Below are positions 25,908 through 31,069 of a stretch of 41,278 bases of DNA, piece by piece (positions within the stretch are counted from its first letter, which is position 1; each line of letters opens with the position of its first letter). The translations under genes were made by a program, and so were the position numbers. This DNA is from a virus: the IMG/VR virus record IMGVR_UViG_3300048583_000035, positions 1-41,278 of that record; one strand, written 5' to 3'. Under the pieces are notes generated by a model that worked only from the letters and a program-made list of their open reading frames with translations, searched no databases and was not told the DNA's origin.

Positions 25908-25965
25908 GCCTAACGGCCAAGCTCACCTGCCGCCGCAGGCGGTCAGGTGCAGCGAGGGGTTAGGC
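25908..25965 (-). repeat. attC-like site S7 (58 bp)
   Basis: Plus strand: GCCTAAC-GGCCAA-GCT-CACCTG-CCGCC(GCA)GGCGG-T-CAGGTG-C-AGC-GAGGG-GTTAGGC. Confidence 0.85.
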
Positions 25966-25984
25966 CCCAACTTGGAGAACTGAA

Positions 25985-26317
25985 ATGACGGTGATGAGCA
26001 ACGAAGACACGGCGCTGCCGGAGACGACCGAAGACGAGGCTTGGTACGACGCCGAGATTGCCCCGGCGCTGGCCGCGCTTGCGAAGCGGTGCCACGAGCG
26101 CGGGATGTCGTTTATTGCAGCGGTGGAGTACCAGCCCGGCGACCGGGCGGGCACCTACTACCTGACGCAAGACGCCGGAACTGCTATGCGCATGCTGCAC
26201 CTGTGCGCGCAGACCGTGCCAAACGTGGACGGCTACATCATGAGCCTACGCAAGTGGGCCGATGCCAACGGTGTGGACACCGGCGGCAGCTTTGTGATGC
26301 GGCGCCTTGGGGCCTAA
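25985..26317 (+). CDS. hypothetical protein (cassette 7)
   Basis: 110 aa with a GGAG SD. The stop codon is the TAA inside the S8 left box (GCC TAA C). Confidence 0.6.
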   Translation: MTVMSNEDTALPETTEDEAWYDAEIAPALAALAKRCHERGMSFIAAVEYQPGDRAGTYYLTQDAGTAMRMLHLCAQTVPNVDGYIMSLRKWADANGVDTGGSFVMRRLGA

Positions 26318-26380
26318 CGTTGCCGGTAACCGGCCCGTTGCGGCTTGCCGCAATGGGTCCGGTTGACTGGCGTGTTAGGC
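26312..26380 (-). repeat. attC-like site S8
   Basis: Plus strand: GCCTAAC-GTTGCC-GGT-AACCGG-CCCGTTGCGG(CTTG)CCGCAATGGG-T-CCGGTT-G-ACT-GGCGT-GTTAGGC. Confidence 0.85.
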
Positions 26381-26406
26381 AGCACTGTTGAACAACGAGG
26401 AAACGT

Positions 26407-26760
26407 ATGAGCAACCACACACCAGGGCCTTGGCATACAGCGACTGCTGACGAATGGCGCACTGCCAGCGGCGAGCATGCGCAGTGGGGCCGCTTTGACA
26501 TCAGCGCCGGCAGCAACGACCAGGCCGCAGAGAACTACTACCGCGTGGCCAGCGTGAGCAACGTGAACAACTCGGACCAGAACCTGGCCAATGCGAAGCT
26601 GATTGGGGCCGCGCCTGACCTACTGATGGCGCTGCGGGAGATTGCCGCCGACTACGCCGACCGATTTGACATGGACAGCCCGAGCACAAACCCCGGCATG
26701 AAGTACGTGGTGCAGCAGGCACGCGAGGCTATCGCGAAGGCGACGGGTTGTGCTGCCTAA
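26407..26760 (+). CDS. conserved hypothetical phage protein (cassette 8)
   Basis: 117 aa with a GAGGA SD. ..HTPGPWH..NLANAKLIGAAPDLLMALREI... The stop is the TAA inside the S9 left box. Confidence 0.6.
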   Translation: MSNHTPGPWHTATADEWRTASGEHAQWGRFDISAGSNDQAAENYYRVASVSNVNNSDQNLANAKLIGAAPDLLMALREIAADYADRFDMDSPSTNPGMKYVVQQAREAIAKATGCAA

Positions 26761-26812
26761 CGTTCGTATTGAGCCGCAGCCGTAGGCTGTCGGCTCGAAT
26801 ACGGGGTTAGGG
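26755..26812 (-). repeat. attC-like site S9 (58 bp)
   Basis: Plus strand: GCCTAAC-GTTCGT-ATT-GAGCCG-CAGCC(GTA)GGCTG-T-CGGCTC-G-AAT-ACGGG-GTTAGGG. Confidence 0.85.
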
Positions 26813-26858
26813 CGCTGATGCCGGAGCGCGATCATGTTTGCGTGTTACAAAATAGTTG

Positions 26859-26886
26859 TTGACGCTGGCGGTTGCTGTGCTACAGT
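26859..26886 (+). promoter_or_regulatory. sigma70-like promoter inside cassette 9
   Basis: TTGACG-16 nt-TACAGT. The transcript would begin at the 22-nt leader that is shared with the promoter at 30494. Confidence 0.55.
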
Positions 26887-26891
26887 AACCA

Positions 26892-26913
26892 CATCGCAAC
26901 ACGCAACCCGGAG
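26892..26913 (+). repeat. 22-nt leader repeat, copy 1 (CATCGCAACACGCAACCCGGAG)
   Basis: Identical to 30528..30549. It ends in the GGAG Shine-Dalgarno sequence and contains the internal direct repeat CGCAAC-A-CGCAAC. Confidence 0.9.
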
Positions 26914-26919
26914 AGACAA

Positions 26920-27063
26920 ATGCAAACCACCTACTGGAACGGAGACCTGGCCCGCTACACCGGCAAGACCATGACATTGCACGGCGGGTTGTTCTACGAA
27001 ATCGAACTGCTTGAAGGCCACCTGAAGGGCCAAACCAAAGTCACGCAACGCGCCCCCAAGTAA
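26920..27063 (+). CDS. small hypothetical protein (cassette 9, gene 1)
   Basis: 47 aa: MQTTYWNGDLARYTGKTMTLHGGLFYEIELLEGHLKGQTKVTQRAPK. The ATG is 6 nt after the leader GGAG. Confidence 0.5.
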   Translation: MQTTYWNGDLARYTGKTMTLHGGLFYEIELLEGHLKGQTKVTQRAPK

Positions 27064-27075
27064 AGGAGACTTGAC

Positions 27076-27294
27076 ATGCACACCTTCCAAGTTGTTACCC
27101 GCGAAGTCCAACATGCCGGTCGTCAAATCACTGCTGACGTTGTGCGCAACGATGGGCGTGTCGTTCGCTCTGGCATGTGGCCCGACTATGCCGAGGCCGA
27201 CTGCGCACTGCTGAACGAGTATTGCGCTGGAGGCTGGACTGCTGCGCAGTACCACGCCGAGCGTGCTGTGCGTATGGCGTCTCTGCGCAAATGA
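27076..27294 (+). CDS. hypothetical protein (cassette 9, gene 2)
   Basis: 72 aa with an AAGGAG SD. Confidence 0.55.
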   Translation: MHTFQVVTREVQHAGRQITADVVRNDGRVVRSGMWPDYAEADCALLNEYCAGGWTAAQYHAERAVRMASLRK

Positions 27295-27476
27295 GCGCCG
27301 ACAAGAACAAAGGGGGGCGACCCCCGGCCCCGCCCGGCCTGCGCCGGGTAAACGTCCCGCTTCGCCTGCCCGAGTGGCTGGTGCAGTGGATGGCAGAGCA
27401 GGCCGAGACGCCTGCGGAGTTGATCGAAGCCGCACTGCTGAAGGCGCACAAGCTGCGCCCGCCGCGTGCGCCCTAA
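27291..27476 (+). CDS. ribbon-helix-helix-like small DNA-binding protein (cassette 9, gene 3)
   Basis: 61 aa with an ATGA overlap. ..KGGRPPAPPGLRRVNVPLRLPEWLVQWMAEQA..AELIEAALLKA... The stop is the TAA in the S10 left box. Confidence 0.5.
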   Translation: MSADKNKGGRPPAPPGLRRVNVPLRLPEWLVQWMAEQAETPAELIEAALLKAHKLRPPRAP

Positions 27477-27528
27477 CGTTCGAGCTAACTTGCCGCCGTA
27501 GGCGGTCAAGTTGAGCGAGGGGTTGTGC
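27471..27528 (-). repeat. attC-like site S10 (58 bp; variant right box GTTGTGC)
   Basis: Plus strand: CCCTAAC-GTTCGA-GCT-AACTTG-CCGCC(GTA)GGCGG-T-CAAGTT-G-AGC-GAGGG-GTTGTGC. Confidence 0.85.
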
Positions 27529-27563
27529 TTCACCCATCCGAAGCGCGCAACTGTAGGAACTAC

Positions 27564-27785
27564 ATGATTCTTGAAATGATGCCAACGCTGCTGATGCGCG
27601 CGTTCCATGTGCCAGAGGTGGTTGTGGACTGCGGGAAGCCCGACGACTTTGAAGGCACCGCCTGCGCCGCGTTTCTGATGTGGCGCATGGAGTACCCGGA
27701 CTACAGCGCGAAGCTGCGTATTCCTGAGCAGCCAGAGGCCGAGAAGGCGCTGAACCGGGCACTCTTCCGTAGGCGTGCCGCGTGA
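27564..27785 (+). CDS. hypothetical protein (cassette 10)
   Basis: 73 aa from ATG 27564, preceded by AGGAA. MILEMMPTLLMRAFHVPEVVVDCGKPDDFEG... Confidence 0.55.
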   Translation: MILEMMPTLLMRAFHVPEVVVDCGKPDDFEGTACAAFLMWRMEYPDYSAKLRIPEQPEAEKALNRALFRRRAA

Positions 27786-27786
27786 A

Positions 27787-27879
27787 GCACAACGCAGAAG
27801 TAACCGGCTTCGGCCGAGCGGAGGATCGATGACCAACGAACGTACGCCGGCCGAAGTCCGGTTGACTGCCGGGTTAGGC
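27787..27879 (-). repeat. attC-like site S11 (variant left box GCACAAC; loop carries SD and ATG)
   Basis: Plus strand: GCACAAC-GCAGA-AGT-AACCGG-CTTCGGCCG(31-nt loop)CGGCCGAAG-T-CCGGTT-G-ACT-GCCGG-GTTAGGC. The loop contains GGAGGA and ATG 27829. Confidence 0.8.
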
Positions 27880-28128
27880 CCGCTGCCCGAGCCAGCCGCA
27901 GAAGCGGTGATGGACTTATGCGCCGACCACCAAGGGCCAGTAGAGGCATGGCAGTACCTGCCGGCCGACGCGATGCTCTACACCGCGAACCAGATGCGCA
28001 GCTATGCCGCCGCAGAGATGGTGCGTGCAGTTTCCGCAGAGCGTGCGCGCTGGACAGAAGCGGTGATGGCCGAGCTTGACGGCAACGGCCAGGCGCACGC
28101 CATCGTGGACTATGCGACAAGGGCCTAA
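27829..28128 (+). CDS. hypothetical protein (cassette 11)
   Basis: 99 aa from the loop ATG (an alternative ATG 27910 lies after the site). The stop is the TAA in the S12 left box. Confidence 0.55.
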   Translation: MTNERTPAEVRLTAGLGPLPEPAAEAVMDLCADHQGPVEAWQYLPADAMLYTANQMRSYAAAEMVRAVSAERARWTEAVMAELDGNGQAHAIVDYATRA

Positions 28129-28218
28129 CGACGAAGCTGAACGGGAGCCCACGCATGACCAAGCCTGAAAACGCACCCGCCGCTGCCGTGGGCTCTCCGT
28201 TCGAGCGCCCTGTTGGGC
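28123..28218 (-). repeat. attC-like site S12 (variant right box GTTGGGC; loop carries ATG)
   Basis: Plus strand: GCCTAAC-GACGAA-GCT-GAACGG-GAGCCC(39-nt loop with ATG 28155)GGGCTC-T-CCGTTC-G-AGC-GCCCT-GTTGGGC. Confidence 0.8.
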
Positions 28219-28544
28219 GGCCGGTGCCGGAGCGCGTGACCTTGGCGTGCCTGCTGGTGCAGCAAAACTTCAAGCCCGGCGACCAGGCGCCACAAGGCTA
28301 CTTGGCGTGGCACGAGTGGGCCGAGGTGCAGCACAAGGCCGGGTTGCGGCAGAAGCAGTGCGGCCGGTGCGGGCTGTGGCGCTACCCGCAGCAGTTGAGC
28401 GCAGAGGTTGACCGCGCCGAGCTTGTGATGACGAAGAAGCGCAAGTCGCGGCGCGTGACGGTGGAGACGCCGGTCTGCAACGACTGCCACAAGCCGCCCA
28501 ACGTGGGAGCTAAGTTGGAGACAACGGCGCCCGCACAGAACTGA
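28155..28544 (+). CDS. zinc-ribbon protein (cassette 12)
   Basis: 129 aa containing ..CGRCGLWRYP..(28)..CNDC... It starts in the S12 loop and stops in the S13 loop after reading through the left box GCCCAAC. Confidence 0.6.
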   Translation: MTKPENAPAAAVGSPFERPVGRPVPERVTLACLLVQQNFKPGDQAPQGYLAWHEWAEVQHKAGLRQKQCGRCGLWRYPQQLSAEVDRAELVMTKKRKSRRVTVETPVCNDCHKPPNVGAKLETTAPAQN

Positions 28545-28603
28545 CCGGAGCATGACGGCGCAGATGGGCGCCGTTGGCTCTCAACTTGAGCGACAGGTTA
28601 GGC
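28496..28603 (-). repeat. attC-like site S13 (variant left box GCCCAAC)
   Basis: Plus strand: GCCCAAC-GTGGGA-GCT-AAGTTG-GAGACAACGGCGCCC(33-nt loop)GGGCGCCGTTGGCTC-T-CAACTT-G-AGC-GACAG-GTTAGGC. Confidence 0.8.
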
Positions 28604-28630
28604 CACGCTGTGGCCGAAGCGAGGTAAAGC

Positions 28631-28852
28631 ATGAGAAGCACACGATCTAACCTGATGGCGATTGCAGCAATCGCGGCGATGGGCGCGGGGCTGGCGCAGG
28701 CGGCAATGCCGGCGCCGCGCAAGGGCAGTAACCGTGACTACAAGCCCACGCCACCGCGCTGCGACACAGCGCTGGCGCGCGAAATTGCCGAGCACAACGA
28801 AGCCGTCGAGCGCCGCAAGGCTGAAAAGAAGGCGCGGAAGCTGGCGCGCTGA
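28631..28852 (+). CDS. small secreted basic protein (cassette 13)
   Basis: 73 aa with a GAGG SD. Signal-peptide-like MRSTRSNLMAIAAIAAMGAGLAQA. Confidence 0.6.
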   Translation: MRSTRSNLMAIAAIAAMGAGLAQAAMPAPRKGSNRDYKPTPPRCDTALAREIAEHNEAVERRKAEKKARKLAR

Positions 28853-28860
28853 ATTGCGTG

Positions 28861-28911
28861 GCCTAACGTGTTTTAGGCCACACCATCGGAAACTCTGCAC
28901 AAGTTTTAGGC
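28861..28911 (-). other. attI-like simple site plus a direct-repeat copy (int-proximal end of the array)
   Basis: The minus strand reads GGCCTAAAACACG|TTAGGCC (plus 28861-28879). This compares with the recalled class-1 attI1 core GCCCTAAAACAAAG|TTAGGC. GTTTTAGGC recurs 33 bp away (28870-28878 and 28903-28911). No L stem or bulges are present here. Confidence 0.6.
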
Positions 28912-28913
28912 AC

Positions 28914-29198
28914 ATGCGAAGCTACTACGCCCCATCGACGCGCCACAACGGCAGCGAACGCAGCGACATCCTGAGCCGCGAGCGCGAGCCGTACACGCGA
29001 CCGCTACCGTACATCGGTCGGCTGTTGATCGCGCTGCCGGGCTACAGCATTGATTGGACGCTGCGGCAGGACATGCGCGACATGCGGCGCTTCTATGCGC
29101 TCGGCGCAGATGGCGAGCGGCTGGCCCATGCCGCGCCGAAGGAGTTGCTGCGCAGCGTTGCGCTGCTGGTGCCGCGCTACAGCGTGGCGGAGGATTGA
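28914..29198 (+). CDS. hypothetical protein between the attI-like site and xis
   Basis: 94 aa: MRSYYAPSTRHNGSERSDILSREREPYTRPLPYIG... The ATG abuts the second GTTTTAGGC repeat. Confidence 0.5.
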   Translation: MRSYYAPSTRHNGSERSDILSREREPYTRPLPYIGRLLIALPGYSIDWTLRQDMRDMRRFYALGADGERLAHAAPKELLRSVALLVPRYSVAED

Positions 29199-29201
29199 GC
29201 G

Positions 29202-29408
29202 TTGAAGCAAGACGAAGAAAAGTACATCCCGCTACTTGAGTGGGGCGCTAGGCGTTACGGCTCGCTTGCGTCTGAGTACACGCTGCGCCAGTGGGCGAAG
29301 AGTGGCGAGATATATCCGCCGCCGCAGAAGGTCGGCAATCGATGGGCTGTGCTGCCGACTGCGCAGCGGATAGTAGATGGCAGGCTTCCGCTGGTGTCGC
29401 GGCTGTGA
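29202..29408 (+). CDS. xis: excisionase, lambda Xis-like
   Basis: TTG 29202 lies 7 nt after GGAGGA. ..YIPLLEWGARRYGSLASEYTLRQWAKSGEIYPPPQKVG.. parallels recalled lambda Xis MYLTLQEWNARQRRPRSLETVRRWVRECRIFPPPVKDG. Confidence 0.7.
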   Translation: MKQDEEKYIPLLEWGARRYGSLASEYTLRQWAKSGEIYPPPQKVGNRWAVLPTAQRIVDGRLPLVSRL

Positions 29409-30466
29409 ACGCAGCCCGTCGCCAGCGCAGCCGCAGCACCTGGCCGCGCGGAATGATGGAACCGCGCCCCGGGTACTACGCCTGGCGCCATCCAGACGGC
29501 CGAACGTTTGCAATCGGCCGCGTGCCGCTGTCGCACGCAATCGCCGAGGCCGCCGCTGCGAATGCGCACCTCGAAAGCCTGAAGCCGGGCCTAGTCGAGC
29601 GGCTGACCGGCGCAGACCGCACCGTGGCCGACCTGCTCGGCAAGATGGACCCGGCCCGCACGCCGAACACTGCAAAGAGCATGCGCAGCCTGGACAAGAT
29701 CATCACCGCCGCAATCGGCACCGTGCCATGCGGGCAGTTGACCGTGCGCCAGTGCGCCGACTTGATCGAAAGCATCCGCGAAGCTGGCAAGGAGCGCAGC
29801 GCGCAGGCCGTGCGCTCGCGCCTAGTGTCGGCGTGCAAGCTGGGCGGCGAACTCGGCTGGATGGAGAGCAACCCGGCCGCCATGACGCGCGCCCGCAAGG
29901 TGACAACGAAGCGCGGCCGGCTGACGCTGGAAACGTTCCGCGCGATCTACGCGAAGGCTGGCGAGGTCGCAGAGTGGCTACCGCACGCAATGATGCTGGC
30001 GCTGGTGACCGGCGCAGACCGCGTGACGATCACGCGCATGACGCGGGACATGGTGGCCGATGGGCACCTGACGTACCGGCGCAGCAAGACGGGCGCCGCT
30101 GTGGCCGTGCCGCTGCGGCTGCGGCTGGATGCTGTGGGCGTGACGCTGGATGAGCTTGTGCGGCCGAAGACGGGCGTCGTGAGCCGGTATCTGGTGCACC
30201 ACGTCAACCCGCACGGCAACGCGCCTGCGGGGAGCGCGGTGTTTCCGGATCGCGTGTCGAAGGCGTTCACGGCTGCGCGCAAGTTGGCTGGGTTGCCGGA
30301 CGAGGGCGCGGGGACTTTTCACGAGCTGCGGTCGCTGTCGAAACGCTTGTATGACCAGCAGGGCGGAGTAGACACCAGAGCCCTCCTCGGTCACAAGACG
30401 CAGAAGATGGCCGACATGTATGCCGACCCGCGAGGCATAGAGGCGATCCGGGTGCGGGTGGCATGA
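29405..30466 (+). CDS. int: tyrosine integrase, lambda Int family (arm-binding N-terminus)
   Basis: 353 aa from GTG 29405 (GTGA overlap with xis). ..RPGYYAWRHPDGRTFAIG.. and ..TFHELRSLSKRLY..ALLGHKTQKMADMYADPRG.. align with recalled lambda Int (..NGYYCYRDPRTGKEFGLG.. and ..TFHELRSLSARLY..HLLGHKSDTMASQYRDDRG). Confidence 0.85.
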   Translation: MNAARRQRSRSTWPRGMMEPRPGYYAWRHPDGRTFAIGRVPLSHAIAEAAAANAHLESLKPGLVERLTGADRTVADLLGKMDPARTPNTAKSMRSLDKIITAAIGTVPCGQLTVRQCADLIESIREAGKERSAQAVRSRLVSACKLGGELGWMESNPAAMTRARKVTTKRGRLTLETFRAIYAKAGEVAEWLPHAMMLALVTGADRVTITRMTRDMVADGHLTYRRSKTGAAVAVPLRLRLDAVGVTLDELVRPKTGVVSRYLVHHVNPHGNAPAGSAVFPDRVSKAFTAARKLAGLPDEGAGTFHELRSLSKRLYDQQGGVDTRALLGHKTQKMADMYADPRGIEAIRVRVA

Positions 30467-30493
30467 GCGCAGATGTAACAGTGCAAATAGTGC

Positions 30494-30522
30494 TTGCGTG
30501 AGTGCTCACGATGCCCTAGAGT
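30494..30522 (+). promoter_or_regulatory. sigma70-like promoter downstream of int
   Basis: TTGCGT-17 nt-TAGAGT, followed by the same 22-nt leader as the promoter at 26859. Confidence 0.55.
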
Positions 30523-30527
30523 ACATG

Positions 30528-30549
30528 CATCGCAACACGCAACCCGGAG
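30528..30549 (+). repeat. 22-nt leader repeat, copy 2
   Basis: CATCGCAACACGCAACCCGGAG, identical to 26892..26913. Confidence 0.9.
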
Positions 30550-30557
30550 CAAACAAC

Positions 30558-30764
30558 ATGAACGGCCAACAACTCACCACCGCCCAGCAACTGCAAGTGC
30601 GCCGCGCTGCGGCACGTCATCTGCGCGGCATTCCGGCCCGCCAGAACGCCGCCAGCATTGACCTGCTGGAAACGCAACTGCTGCTCGAAGAAATTGAGTC
30701 CCGCTCGACGCCGGAAGAGCGCGCCCGCTGGGAGCGCGAAGAGCACTCCCTTGGCTTGATTTGA
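30558..30764 (+). CDS. hypothetical protein (post-int operon, gene 1)
   Basis: 68 aa from ATG 30558, 8 nt after the leader GGAG. Confidence 0.55.
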   Translation: MNGQQLTTAQQLQVRRAAARHLRGIPARQNAASIDLLETQLLLEEIESRSTPEERARWEREEHSLGLI

Positions 30765-30775
30765 AAGGAAGCGCT

Positions 30776-31069
30776 ATGACCACCAACGAAACCGAGCGCG
30801 ATGGCGCGTATGACCGGGCCTGCCGCGACCCGCGCGACAACTGCCCGGCAGAGGGCGCCGTGCTGAAGCGCGAATGGCGCCAAAAGACCGCGACGATTGC
30901 TATGCTGACCGCGATGATTGACCAGCAGGGCAAGGCCAACCGCGAGCACCACGACGCGCTGCTGGCGCTGTACGTGGCGCTGCGCGACAGCGCGCCCAAG
31001 CTCTCACCGGCTGCTGCGGAAGCCTTCGGCAAGGCGCGTGAGGTGCTGGCGCGTTACGGGGCCAAATGA
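30776..31069 (+). CDS. hypothetical protein (post-int operon, gene 2)
   Basis: 97 aa from ATG 30776, preceded by AAAGGAAG. Confidence 0.55.
   Translation: MTTNETERDGAYDRACRDPRDNCPAEGAVLKREWRQKTATIAMLTAMIDQQGKANREHHDALLALYVALRDSAPKLSPAAAEAFGKAREVLARYGAK

Larger units (their letters stand above)
23198..28911 (-). mobile_element. integron-like gene-cassette array: 13 attC-like sites, 13 cassettes (15 ORFs) and an attI-like site; no IntI gene recognised
   Basis: See the individual sites S1-S14 below. Strand is given as minus because the bulged-base polarity makes the minus strand the canonical attC top strand. All cassette ORFs are on plus. Confidence 0.75.

Noticed and set aside
26845-27792. 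Long antisense or alternative-frame ORFs from the track (for example 26845..27792, 458..1453, 5396..6760, 21306..22319, 8996..10204).
   Set aside because: They show Arg/Ala/Gly/Pro/His-rich low-complexity translations typical of off-frame reading in high-GC DNA. They cross attC-like sites or fully overlap well-supported genes on the other strand.
23198-28911. Regularly spaced repeats that could be mistaken for a CRISPR array.
   Set aside because: The repeats are imperfect palindromes of variable length (58-108 bp) and differ in sequence. The intervening segments are 220-720-bp coding units with SD and start codons. No cas genes are present.
28903-28919. TTAGGCACATGCGA resembling TTAGCGCACATGCGA at 31765-31779, considered as a shared Int arm-site.
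   Set aside because: The exact match is only 9 nt (CACATGCGA) plus TTAG. Matches of this length are expected by chance many times in 41 kb.
29291-29404. The longer int ORF start given by the track (29291).
   Set aside because: It would overlap almost all of xis in another frame. GTG 29405 gives a GTGA coupling with the xis stop and an N-terminus that lines up with lambda Int.
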